From Candidatus Portnoybacteria bacterium (GTDB taxonomy: Bacteria > Patescibacteriota > Minisyncoccia > Portnoybacterales > GWB1-42-6), in assembly GCA_028688325.1 (NCBI GenBank), contig JAQTYI010000001.1, forward strand, positions 168,820-232,819: a DNA stretch of 64,000 nt. Direction: 5' to 3'. Made by a program: the position numbers and the translations under genes. Under the pieces are notes generated by a model. It saw only the letters and a list, made by a program, of their open reading frames with translations, was not told the DNA's origin and did no database searches. Positions 35,775 through 44,623 of the stretch are shown in pieces; position 1 is the stretch's first letter; each line of letters starts with the position of its first letter.

Positions 35775-36092
35775 ATGAAAAATATGAATCTCCCCTTCCG
35801 CGCCCTATTAAATTCTCTTGGCGTTTTAGCTTATACCTCGCTTATCGCCGCGTTTTTATCCAACGGAGAAAGGATCTTCGGCAGCCAGGATAACCACTTC
35901 TTGATTCCGGCGGTCATGCTGATGCTCTTGGTGCTTTCCGCGACAATCACCGGCGCGCTGGTGCTAGGCAAGCCCGTTCTGCTGTATATGGAAAACAAGA
36001 AATCGGAAGCGCTGAAATTATTTTTTTATACCATCGGTTTTATGGCCGCAATAATGGTTATTGCCATGGGATGTTTGGCGTTGCTCAGGTAG
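35775..36092 (+). CDS. Hypothetical small membrane protein.
   Basis: 105-aa ORF with three hydrophobic helices. Confidence 0.4.
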   Translation: MKNMNLPFRALLNSLGVLAYTSLIAAFLSNGERIFGSQDNHFLIPAVMLMLLVLSATITGALVLGKPVLLYMENKKSEALKLFFYTIGFMAAIMVIAMGCLALLR

Positions 36093-36164
36093 GCGTCTTT
36101 TCGCTGTAAAAAAGATGTCAGAATTTTTTTAGTTCTTACCAACATTATGAGAGGAGATTGATTT

Positions 36165-36614
36165 ATGAAGATGAAGATTCTGCACCTAAAGGATGAGCCG
36201 GAAAAAAGCATAATATTCAATGAAGGCGCGACCGTCCTCGTAGCCGACCTGCCTTCCGGTTTAAAAAAATCTCTGCTTAATTCTTTGCGGAAGATGCCAG
36301 AAATAAAAAGGATCCTGCCGATTTTTAACGGAAAAAAGATATCGGAAATAGTGGTCGACCTGCCCCAGAAACTCGCCACCCTGCCGAAGGTGCACGGATT
36401 GAGCAAAAACGACAGGGGAAAAATTGCAGAGACGCTGGAACTGCTCTTATGGCATTTTTCGCCGCACTGGCATTATGTCGGTTCCGGTGCTCATGAATTG
36501 GCCAGACATTGCGTTGACTGCGAGGCAACAGCAAAATCCATCGCCTCCAAATGCGATAATGGGGCGTGTCCATCGCACGAAAAATACCGGCTGCTTTCAG
36601 GCGAGGAAACCTAA
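36165..36614 (+). CDS. Hypothetical protein with a Cys/His-rich C-terminus.
   Basis: GAGAGGAG sits upstream of the ATG. The C-terminus has HWHYVGSGAHELARHCVDCEAT...CDNGACPSH. Confidence 0.4.
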   Translation: MKMKILHLKDEPEKSIIFNEGATVLVADLPSGLKKSLLNSLRKMPEIKRILPIFNGKKISEIVVDLPQKLATLPKVHGLSKNDRGKIAETLELLLWHFSPHWHYVGSGAHELARHCVDCEATAKSIASKCDNGACPSHEKYRLLSGEET

Positions 36615-36671
36615 CTCCTTTCACATTTCGCATTCTCGGGCTTGGCAAAAAACCGCCAAGCCCGACGATTT

Positions 36672-36748
36672 GGGTCTATAGCTCAGTTGGCTAGAGCGCG
36701 TCGTTGACATCGACGAGGTCAGTGGTTCGAGTCCACTTAGACCCACCA
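36672..36748 (+). tRNA. tRNA-Val (anticodon GAC).
   Basis: Acceptor stem GGGTCTA/TAGACCC with an encoded CCA, anticodon stem-loop CGTCG-TTGACAT-CGACG. Confidence 0.8.
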
Positions 36749-36767
36749 AATGAAACTGCTTAAAATA

Positions 36768-37817
36768 ATGTCCGCCCAGCGGCTGGACAAATTTTTACAA
36801 GAAAAGTTTCCGCAATATTCCCGCGCCTTTATCAAGGAACAGATAAAGCTCGGGAATTTTTTGGTTTACCCCGAGCAGAGCCGAGGGGTTAATGGAGAAA
36901 AAGTTAAGCCCTCTTATATTTTGCGCCAAGGCGACCAAGTCGCCTTGGCGCCGGGATTTAATTTACCCGACGCCGCGCAAATTTTACCCAATCCCGCCAT
37001 CAAGTTGGATATCATTTTTGAAAATGACGATGTTATCGTCATCAATAAACCGGCGGGATTATCAGTCCATCCGCGGCAAGACAAAAACGGCTTGCCCCTG
37101 CTTCAGGAAATAAATACGGCACTCGTTAGCGGATTGCTGGCATATTATCCGGCGATTACGGATGCGGGAGATATATTAAATCCTCCCCGGTCCTCCCTAA
37201 AGGGAGGGAGTAAAATCAGTTCCCCTCCTTTAGGAGGGGTTAGGCCAAAGGTCCTGGAAGGAGGAGATTTTTATCCTGCTAATATCCGTCCCGGCATCGT
37301 GCACCGCCTGGACAAAGACACTTCCGGCGTGATGATAATCGCCAAAAACCAAGCAAGTTTTGACTGGCTCAAAAAACAATTCAAAGAACGGCAGACAACA
37401 AAAAAATATCTGGCACTGGTCCATGGCTTGCTGAAGATTAAAGAAGGAGAGATTAAAACGCTGCTACACCGCGCAGTCTCCGACCCGACCAAACAGAAAG
37501 TCTCAAAGAACGAAGGAAAGGAAGCAATAACAGGATACAAGGTCATTAAGGAATTTAAGGGCTATTCACTGATTGAAGCCAGCCCCAAAACCGGCCGTTT
37601 GCACCAGATACGCGTGCATCTGGCGCACCTGAGCCACCCCGTGGCCGGCGATGCCAAATACGGCGATAAACGCCTGCCTATTTTGCCTGGCTTAGACCAC
37701 CAGTTCCTGCATGCCCAAGAGCTGAAAATAACCCTTCCCGGCGGCTCAAAAAAGACATTTTTTGCGCCTCTGCCGGCCGATCTGCAAGCCACTTTAGACA
37801 CCCTTGCCGGGAAGTGA
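36768..37817 (+). CDS. rluD: RluA-family 23S rRNA pseudouridine synthase (RluD-like), carrying an in-frame palindromic-element insertion.
   Basis: S4 domain (MSAQRLDKFLQEKF), VINKPAGLSVHP, and RPGIVHRLDKDTSG. An approximately 33-aa insert NPPRSSLKGGSKISSPPLGGVRPKVLEGG lies before the HRLD motif. Confidence 0.85.
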   Translation: MSAQRLDKFLQEKFPQYSRAFIKEQIKLGNFLVYPEQSRGVNGEKVKPSYILRQGDQVALAPGFNLPDAAQILPNPAIKLDIIFENDDVIVINKPAGLSVHPRQDKNGLPLLQEINTALVSGLLAYYPAITDAGDILNPPRSSLKGGSKISSPPLGGVRPKVLEGGDFYPANIRPGIVHRLDKDTSGVMIIAKNQASFDWLKKQFKERQTTKKYLALVHGLLKIKEGEIKTLLHRAVSDPTKQKVSKNEGKEAITGYKVIKEFKGYSLIEASPKTGRLHQIRVHLAHLSHPVAGDAKYGDKRLPILPGLDHQFLHAQELKITLPGGSKKTFFAPLPADLQATLDTLAGK

Positions 37818-37932
37818 AAGTTTGGCTGCCGTCCGCGGCGGCAAATTATTGGGTGGCCAAACTTCTACTTCCCGGCTTGAAAGAATATAAATAATATGAT
37901 AATATCTATTCGTAATTAGAGGCAACCCAAAT

Positions 37933-38355
37933 ATGACCAACATCATTCAAGATCAACTGAAAAGCGTGCCCGTACTCAAGTCGGGCCAGACCATCCGGGT
38001 GCATCAGCGCATCAAGGAAGGGAATAAAGAAAGAATCCAGCCGTTTGAAGGACTGGTTATTGCGGTTAAGCACGGCCGAGGCCTGGACGGCTCGTTTACC
38101 GTACGCAAGATTTCCGAAGGCGTGGGCGTGGAAAGGATCTATCCCTTGCATTCCCCGACCATCGATAAGATTGAGATACTGAAAACCGCCAAAGTCAGAC
38201 AGGCCAAACTTTACTATATGCGCGAACGCTCCGGCAAAAGAGCCCGGATGAAAAGTGGAGCCCCGCTAATAAATGATGCTGTTGGTCTTAACAGCGAGGC
38301 GGAATCCCGCACCGAAGACCAAGACAGCAATTTTTCTGCAACCGACAAAAAATAA
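37933..38355 (+). CDS. rplS: 50S ribosomal protein L19.
   Basis: GQTIRVHQRIKEGNKERIQPFEGLVIAVKHGRGLDGSFTVRKIS is present. Confidence 0.9.
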   Translation: MTNIIQDQLKSVPVLKSGQTIRVHQRIKEGNKERIQPFEGLVIAVKHGRGLDGSFTVRKISEGVGVERIYPLHSPTIDKIEILKTAKVRQAKLYYMRERSGKRARMKSGAPLINDAVGLNSEAESRTEDQDSNFSATDKK

Positions 38356-38440
38356 TGGTCTTCCGGTGCGCGGACAAGAATGCAGTTGCCGTGCCAGTTG
38401 AAAATAAAACCAGCGAAGAGGTCTCCGAGGAATAATTTTT

Positions 38441-38522
38441 GCGCGGGTGCTGTAATTGGTAGCCAGGCACGCTTGAGGTGCGTGTGCCGTAAGGCGTGGA
38501 GGTTCGAGTCCTCTCCCGCGCA
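38441..38522 (+). tRNA. tRNA-Leu (anticodon GAG).
   Basis: Anticodon stem-loop CACGC-TTGAGGT-GCGTG, long variable arm. Confidence 0.8.
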
Positions 38523-38528
38523 CAATCG

Positions 38529-38602
38529 GCGCGCGTAGCTCAGCTGGTCAGAGCGTCTCGCTTACACCGAGAAGGCCCCTGGTTCGAGTCCAGGCGCGCG
38601 CA
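38529..38602 (+). tRNA. tRNA-Val (anticodon TAC).
   Basis: Acceptor stem GCGCGCG/CGCGCGC, anticodon loop CTTACAC. Confidence 0.8.
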
Positions 38603-38621
38603 CTGGTTCATATTGATTCCG

Positions 38622-38694
38622 GCCGGGATAGCCAAGTTGGTCACGGCGGAGGTTTGAAAAACCTTTCATGTCAGTTCGATTCTGACTCCCGGCA
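38622..38694 (+). tRNA. tRNA-Phe (anticodon GAA).
   Basis: Acceptor stem GCCGGGA/TCCCGGC, anticodon loop TTGAAAA. Confidence 0.8.
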
Positions 38695-38802
38695 CCGCGT
38701 AAAATGATGAGCGAAGCGAATAATTTTACGCGCGCCGTGATAGCGAGCGTAGCGAGCTATTTTACGGGGCCGACATTATTTTTCCGCTCATCACCACGCG
38801 GC
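38695..38802 (+). ncRNA. Conserved nested-hairpin element 3' of tRNA-Phe (homologous to 9521..9625).
   Basis: CCGCGTAAAATGATGAGCG ... CGCTCATCACCACGCGG forms the outer stem; an inner stem ends in ATTTTACGGGG. Confidence 0.4.
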
Positions 38803-38884
38803 GCAGCCCCAAACTAATTGGGCGTAGCGCCGAAAATAATTTGTTATCGCCCTGGCGGGCTTGCCCGCCGAAGCTTTAGCGCAG

Positions 38885-38960
38885 GCGGGTGTAGTTCAGC
38901 AGCTAGAACGTCTCGTTGCCAACGAGAAGGTCGTGGGTGCGAATCCCATCACCCGCTCCA
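38885..38960 (+). tRNA. tRNA-Gly (anticodon GCC).
   Basis: Acceptor stem GCGGGTG/CACCCGC with an encoded CCA, anticodon loop TTGCCAA. Confidence 0.8.
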
Positions 38961-39085
38961 TGTAAAATATTCGCTGCGTTCATATCACATGGCGCCGCCA
39001 CAAAAAAACAAGGATTGATTCTCGCCCCGCGATTCCGCCGGAGCGGAATCGCGGGGTCACCCGCTACAATTTACAACAAAACAAA

Positions 39086-39110
39086 AGACCCCTTCCTCGG
39101 GGGTTTTTTG
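39086..39110. terminator. Bidirectional rho-independent terminator between the tRNA cluster and hup.
   Basis: GACCCC-TTCCTC-GGGGGT followed by TTTTTTG; the stem is also T-flanked on the other strand. Confidence 0.6.
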
Positions 39111-39134
39111 TTTGCGCAAAATTTTACTTGCAGC

Positions 39135-39407
39135 TTATCTGACGGCTTCTTTCAATGCCTTGCCGGCGCGGAATTTAGGAACTTTCATCGCCGGAATGTT
39201 GATTTTGGCGCCGGTTTTCGGATTCACGCCTTTTCGCGCTTTGCGATTAGAAATGACAAACGCGCCAAAGCCGGTAAAGGCCACTTTATCGCCCTTCTGC
39301 AAAGCTTTAGTGATATTGTCCAAAACCGACTCTAAAACTTCGTCGGTCTGCTTTTTAGACAAATTGCATTTGGCGGATACCGCTTCAATGATTTGATCTT
39401 TGGTCAT
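39135..39407 (-). CDS. hup: HU-family DNA-binding protein.
   Basis: The 90-aa ORF has the GFGAF arm motif and RKARKGVNPKTG. Confidence 0.9.
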   Translation of the reverse strand: MTKDQIIEAVSAKCNLSKKQTDEVLESVLDNITKALQKGDKVAFTGFGAFVISNRKARKGVNPKTGAKINIPAMKVPKFRAGKALKEAVR

Positions 39408-39447
39408 AAATAAAAAATGGAATATTTAATGTTTTACCTCGACCTTT

Positions 39448-39516
39448 CCAGGCAGTAGAAATTCGGCTGGCGCTTGCAGCGCCAAAATCCAAATAAGCCG
39501 AATTTTCACTGCCTGG
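39448..39516 (+). promoter_or_regulatory. Conserved inverted-repeat element upstream of hup (copy 2 of 2).
   Basis: CCAGGCAGTAGAAATTCGGC ... GCCGAATTTTCACTGCCTGG with an inner hairpin GGCGCTTGCAGCGCC. Confidence 0.45.
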
Positions 39517-39659
39517 CTTTCCCCTCCAAATTTATATGTATATTATAACGCAGGGATTACTCCAGCACAACCCGTCCTTCGCCAATGCTACGGAACGGCG
39601 CGGCACAAATATTAGCGCCAGATATTCTTGCGGTCTTCCGTAGTTTTAACGAAGGAGAC

Positions 39660-40478
39660 CTATTCTAACACAACCATCCTTCGCAACCTGGATATGTTTT
39701 CAGCCAGACCCGTCTTATCATTGATTTCCAGCAGCACTCCGTTGACTTCGGCTTTCTTGCCCTCCGCCGGCTCTATCTTGAATAAACGCTGAGTTAAAAA
39801 CCTTTTAATGACGATATCTTTGTCCGCACCCAGCACCGAATCCAAAACCCCCGCCATGCCAACATCGGAAATAAAAGCCGTGCCCTGCGGCAGTATTTTC
39901 TCGTCGGCAGTCGGCACATGCGTATGAGTGCCCAAAAGTGCGGATATCTTGCCATCCAAGAACCAAGCCAGCGCGGCTTTTTCCGAAGTGGCCTCGGCGT
40001 GAAAATCAACGATTATCGCACTCACCGCCTCGCTCCCCTGCTCTTTGCCCGCCAAAGAATAGTCATCCAGCAATTCTTTGATTTTGACGAACGGATCGTC
40101 AAAATCATGCTTCATAAAAATACGGCCGATTAAATTAACGAACAACACGCGCTTAGCGCCGATATCGATCGTCGTAAAACCCCGTCCGGCCGCGTGGCCC
40201 GGCCAATTCAACGGCCGCAAAATGGGATTTTTATCATCCGCCAAAATCTGCTCGCTTCCGCCCAAAGCGAACGAATGGTCGCCGTTGGTCAGATAATCAA
40301 CGCCGGCGTCCAGCACTTCCTTCAATGCTTCCTCGGTCACGCCCTGGCCGTGGGCCATATTTTCGCCGTTGGCCAAAACCAAATCCGGCTCAAAGGCCTT
40401 TTTAAGTTCAGGCAAGACCTTTTTCAAGGCCTGCCGGCCGATTTTGCCGGTAATGTCGCCGAAAAATAGTATTTTCAT
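39660..40478 (-). CDS. ymdB: YmdB-family metallophosphoesterase (2',3'-cyclic-nucleotide phosphodiesterase-like).
   Basis: MKILFFGDITGKIGRQAL, GENMAHG and GTHTHV are present. The gene sits downstream of rny, as in the Firmicutes rny-ymdB pairing. Confidence 0.8.
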   Translation of the reverse strand: MKILFFGDITGKIGRQALKKVLPELKKAFEPDLVLANGENMAHGQGVTEEALKEVLDAGVDYLTNGDHSFALGGSEQILADDKNPILRPLNWPGHAAGRGFTTIDIGAKRVLFVNLIGRIFMKHDFDDPFVKIKELLDDYSLAGKEQGSEAVSAIIVDFHAEATSEKAALAWFLDGKISALLGTHTHVPTADEKILPQGTAFISDVGMAGVLDSVLGADKDIVIKRFLTQRLFKIEPAEGKKAEVNGVLLEINDKTGLAENISRLRRMVVLE

Positions 40479-40504
40479 TATATGATTATTATTGCTTCCT
40501 AGAC

Positions 40505-40666
40505 CGCCCATACGAAAAATGACAATTTATTGTCATCCCGAACGAAGTGAGGGATCTCTGGCGAATGCCAGACCTGTTGCGCGGATCTCCGCCTAACGGC
40601 GGATCCCACGAGATCCCTCGCTACGCTCGGGACGACACTTCATGTCGACTTTATCATCGCGCGAGG
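40505..40666 (+). mobile_element. MITE-like repeat, family B, copy 1.
   Basis: About 160 bp, bounded by CCGCCCATACGAAAAAT ... TTTATCATCGCGCGAGG. The internal long hairpin is TCCCGAACGAAGTGAGGGATCTC / GAGATCCCTCGCTACGCTCGGGA. It is 90% identical to 61126..61286. The track ORF MRDLWRMPDLLRGSPP here is a translation of the repeat. Confidence 0.6.
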
Positions 40667-40711
40667 GTTTTTCTGGTTCTCTTTTGCCCGGGCGAAAGAG
40701 AACGAAACATT

Positions 40712-42244
40712 CTATCTTGCGTACTCTATAGTTCTCATCTCCCTTATCACCGTAACTTTAATATCGCCCGGATATTGCAATTCCTGCTGGATGCGGTCGG
40801 CCACATCGCGCGCCAGCTTCCTGGCCGAAATATCGTCAATCTTATCCGGTTGCACAAACACCCTGATCTCGCGGCCGGCCTGAATGGCATAGGACTTTTC
40901 AACGCCCTCAAAAGAGTTCGCCACTCGCTCCAATTCCTCCAAGCGTTTCAGATAGGCCTCCAAGGTGTCTTTTCTCGCGCCGGGGCGGGCACCGGAAATT
41001 TGGTCGGCTACCTGAACGATAACGCCCTCTAATGATTCGTAAGGATATTCTTCATGGTGCGACTGCATGGCCTTGATGACCTCTTCGGGCATATTGAATT
41101 TTTGCAGAATCATCTTGCCGATCTCAACATGAGAACCCTGGACTTCGTGGGTCACGGCCTTGCCGATATCGTGCAGCAGCCCCGCTTTTTTGGCCAGATT
41201 GACATCCGCGCCGACTTCCGCGGCGATGGAAGCGGCCAGATGCGCCACTTCAAGAGAGTGAAGCAAAACATTCTGGCCATAGCTGGTCCTCATGCTCAAG
41301 CGGCCCAAAATTCTGACCAGCTTGGGATCCAGCCCAGCCACGCCGGTATCATACACCGCGGCTTGTCCGGCCTGGGCGATCTTTTCACCAATTTCTTCTT
41401 TGGCTTTTTCCACCGCCTCTTCTATCCTGGCGGGCTGAATGCGGCCGTCGCTCATAAGTTTTTCCAGTGCTACTTTGGCGATCTGGCGGCGTACCGGATC
41501 AAATGCCGAAAGAATGATGGCGCCCGGAGTATCGTCTACTATAATCTCAACGCCAGTCAGTTTTTCCAGGGTCTTGATGTTGCGGCCTTCCTTGCCGATA
41601 ATGCGGCCCTTTAGCTCCTCGGACGGCAAGGCCACCGAAGAGGTCGTTATTTCAGCGCTTTGCGAAGCCGCATAGCGCTGCATCGCGTAAGTTAGGATGT
41701 TGCGTGCTTTCTTCTCCAACTCCTCTTTTCCTTCCTGCTCCAATTTTTGCACACGCTCCATCAAGATGGCGCCCTGTTCTTTTTCAATTTGAACAAGCAG
41801 TTCATCTTTGGCCTGCTCCTGGCTTAATTTGGCTACCCGTTCCAATTCCGTCAGTTTTTTCACCTGGATATTCAGCAGTTCCTCTTTTATCTCTTTCGCT
41901 TTTTCGGCGCGTTCGGCCACCTCGGCAAATTTCTTATCCAATTCATGCGACTTGCCTTCCAGCGCCTGCTCTTTTCGTTCCAAACGGTCTTCCAGACGCA
42001 TTATCTGTTGCTCTCGGTCCTTTTGTTCTCGCTTGGCTTCTTCCAATATTTGCATGGCCTTGTCTTTGGCCTGAATGACCGTCTCTTTGGCTTCGCGCTT
42101 GGCCTCCTCGGTCATTTTGCCAAGTTTGGCCTCAATGGAACCGGCCTGATTTTTGGCAATGCTTTGGCGCGACAAATAACCCAAAATAACGCCGGTAGCT
42201 AACCCGCCGACCCCGATAATAATGAGAATTAAATTAGAATCCAT
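40712..42244 (-). CDS. rny: Ribonuclease Y.
   Basis: N-terminal transmembrane helix, coiled coil, a KH domain, and an HD domain (HSLEVAHLA...LLHDIGK). Confidence 0.9.
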   Translation of the reverse strand: MDSNLILIIIGVGGLATGVILGYLSRQSIAKNQAGSIEAKLGKMTEEAKREAKETVIQAKDKAMQILEEAKREQKDREQQIMRLEDRLERKEQALEGKSHELDKKFAEVAERAEKAKEIKEELLNIQVKKLTELERVAKLSQEQAKDELLVQIEKEQGAILMERVQKLEQEGKEELEKKARNILTYAMQRYAASQSAEITTSSVALPSEELKGRIIGKEGRNIKTLEKLTGVEIIVDDTPGAIILSAFDPVRRQIAKVALEKLMSDGRIQPARIEEAVEKAKEEIGEKIAQAGQAAVYDTGVAGLDPKLVRILGRLSMRTSYGQNVLLHSLEVAHLAASIAAEVGADVNLAKKAGLLHDIGKAVTHEVQGSHVEIGKMILQKFNMPEEVIKAMQSHHEEYPYESLEGVIVQVADQISGARPGARKDTLEAYLKRLEELERVANSFEGVEKSYAIQAGREIRVFVQPDKIDDISARKLARDVADRIQQELQYPGDIKVTVIREMRTIEYAR

Positions 42245-42289
42245 ATGATTAAAGCAATAGCTTTAATCATTTAAGAGTTTGACCGGGCG

Positions 42290-42874
42290 TTAAGCCGCCT
42301 TTTTCAGGATCTTGTCTATAACGCCGTAGTTTTTGGCCTCCTCCGCCGACATAAAAAAATCCCTGTCCGTGTCCTTTTCTATCTGCTTGATATCCCGGTC
42401 CGTGTGTTTGGCCAGAAGATGATTCAAGCGATCTTTCACTTTCAGGATTTGCCTGGCGGCGATATCAATGTCAACGGCCTGACCCTCGGCTCCGCCCATC
42501 ACTTGATGCAACAGGACTTCGGAGTTGGGCAAAATGAACCTCTTGCCCTTGGCGCCGGCCGTCAGCAAAACCGCTCCCATGGAAGCGGCAATGCCGATGC
42601 AAATGGTTGAAACATCGGCTTTGACATACTGCATGGTGTCATAGATTGCCAATCCCGCCGTCACCACTCCCCCGGGGCTGTTGATATACAGCTGGATATC
42701 TTTTTTAGGATCTTGCGAATCCAAAAAAAGAAGCTGGGCGATAACCGAATTCGCCAGAACATCGGATATCGGCCCGCCCAAAAAAATTATCCGCTCTTTC
42801 AAAAGCCGCGAATAAATATCGTAGGCGCGCTCGCCGTAGGGCGATTTTTCAATGACAGTAGGAATCAAATTCAT
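42290..42874 (-). CDS. clpP: ATP-dependent Clp protease proteolytic subunit.
   Basis: [19 protein letters not shown], a catalytic Ser in the GIAASMGA context, and a catalytic His (LLHQ). The start was trimmed to MNLIPTV. Confidence 0.9.
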   Translation of the reverse strand: MNLIPTVIEKSPYGERAYDIYSRLLKERIIFLGGPISDVLANSVIAQLLFLDSQDPKKDIQLYINSPGGVVTAGLAIYDTMQYVKADVSTICIGIAASMGAVLLTAGAKGKRFILPNSEVLLHQVMGGAEGQAVDIDIAARQILKVKDRLNHLLAKHTDRDIKQIEKDTDRDFFMSAEEAKNYGVIDKILKKAA

Positions 42875-42988
42875 AAATGATTTGCCTATGCTGTTTTGTT
42901 TAAATGATTTATGTATTTCTATGCTATTTTCTGCATCATTAGACAATTATGTTATCCAACGGGGCAGAAAAAGGCGCGGAATTACGCC

Positions 42989-44275
42989 TTAAATCTTCTC
43001 CAAAAACTCAAAAACTTTCTCATTTTTCAATCTGTTTTTAGTATATTCCGCTAACTGGTCCATGTCAATTTTTTCTTTGACCGCGTCCCAATCCGGATAA
43101 TGTTTGATGATATGATTCACTTCCTCTTCGGCCTCCTGAGCTGTCACTTCCAGCTTCTCCTGGTCGGCAATGGCGCGCAGAATGAGCCCGGCCTGGGCGC
43201 GTTCCACGGCCTTGGGGAGCCAATCCTTTTTCATCTCTTCCTCCGTCTTTTTGATGTTTTTCAAGTACTGCTGATATTCTAAACCCATCTGCATTAAATT
43301 CTCCTTAAATTCTTCGGCCATCTTGGCGACCTCGGCCTGAATCAAAATTTCCGGCATTTCCATGGATGATTTTTTGACTATCTCCTGCAACACCTTGGCG
43401 CGCCAGATATCTTTCTCTTTATTCTCTTTTTCAATGGCCATCCCTTCTTTGATATTGGCCTTGAGCGCGTCGATGGTATCAAATTTACCCAGCGACTTGG
43501 CAAACTTGTCGTTTAATTCCGGCATCTGCGGCTCCTGCACCAAATTCATTTTTACCTCAAATTCAATAAGCTTGCCGGCCAGATCTTTTTGGGCAAAATT
43601 TTCCGGAAAAACCAAACTGAAGCTTTTTGTCTCGTTTTCTTTCAAGCCGACCAGCTGATCTTCAAAACCCGGCACGAATTTACCCTCGCCTATCACCAGC
43701 GGATGATTTTTGCTTTCGCCGTTGGCAATCATCTTGCCGTCCTGCTTGGCGATAAAATCGACTTCCACCCTGTCCCCCTTCTGCGCGGGACGCACGACGG
43801 TTGCGTATTTGGTACGCGATTTTTTAAGCCAATTCAACGAATCCTGAATTTCTTTTTCTTCAACTTTTATTTTATCTTTTGTTTTGGGTTTGTCGGACTT
43901 GGCGATCTTTTTGTAATCGGCTAACTTTATCGGCGGCAAAACCGCCGTTTTTATCTTGAATTCAAAGGGATTGCCCATCGCCACTTTCAGAACATGCACT
44001 TCGGGGCGGCCGATAGCGTCGATATTTTTTTCTTCCAGGACTTTAATGTATGTCTTGCGCACGGCTATGCCCGCGGCCGCCTCCAGGATGTGCCCCTGGC
44101 CTATTTTCTGTTCCACCATTTCTTTTGGCGCATTGCCCGGCCTAAAACCCTCGATCTTAACATCCCTGGCCAAAGTCCGCGTGGCCTCATCAACAAACTT
44201 GCCCCATTCTGTGGGGTCAAGTTCGATCAATATTTCAACTTCTGATTTTGGTAGTTGTTTAATTTCTGTTTTCAT
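42989..44275 (-). CDS. tig: Trigger factor.
   Basis: N-terminal ribosome-binding domain (GFRPGNAPK), a PPIase-like middle domain, and a C-terminal domain. Confidence 0.9.
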   Translation of the reverse strand: MKTEIKQLPKSEVEILIELDPTEWGKFVDEATRTLARDVKIEGFRPGNAPKEMVEQKIGQGHILEAAAGIAVRKTYIKVLEEKNIDAIGRPEVHVLKVAMGNPFEFKIKTAVLPPIKLADYKKIAKSDKPKTKDKIKVEEKEIQDSLNWLKKSRTKYATVVRPAQKGDRVEVDFIAKQDGKMIANGESKNHPLVIGEGKFVPGFEDQLVGLKENETKSFSLVFPENFAQKDLAGKLIEFEVKMNLVQEPQMPELNDKFAKSLGKFDTIDALKANIKEGMAIEKENKEKDIWRAKVLQEIVKKSSMEMPEILIQAEVAKMAEEFKENLMQMGLEYQQYLKNIKKTEEEMKKDWLPKAVERAQAGLILRAIADQEKLEVTAQEAEEEVNHIIKHYPDWDAVKEKIDMDQLAEYTKNRLKNEKVFEFLEKI

Positions 44276-44297
44276 AACGAGTTGTGCTTTAATTTAC

Positions 44298-44448
44298 CGC
44301 GCATACGAAAAATTTTGATAGAAAATAGCAATGAGCCGAGCGTCTAAATTTGCGTGCTGTGGCGGGGCCCCGACCGTCAGGTCGGGGCGTTGAGGATAGC
44401 AAATTTAGCGAGGCGAGTTCTATTTTCTCAAAATTTTATCGTCGCGCG
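44298..44448 (+). mobile_element. MITE-like repeat, family A, copy 2.
   Basis: CGCGCATACGAAAAATTTT ... AAAATTTTATCGTCGCGCGG with the core hairpin GGGGCCCCGACCGTCAGGTCGGGGCG. Confidence 0.6.
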
Positions 44449-44623
44449 GGAACTCTTTTGCTACTTTTCTGGTTACAGAAAAGTAGATGAGATAATACTA
44501 TGCGAATTGAACCTGGATTCCCGCTTTCGCGGGAATGACAAATCAAGCTATAAACTATACCAAGAAGCTCACCATCAACCCCGTAAAATCCCGCTACGCG
44601 GGACCACGGGGCAAGCAACGCCG

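Noticed and set aside
40547-41032. ORFs beginning MRDLWRMPDLLRGSPP at 40547 and 61169, which look like a conserved protein pair.
   Set aside because: The conservation is at the DNA level and is confined to the MITE-like family B repeat. The ORFs extend from the repeat into unrelated antisense sequence of neighbouring genes.
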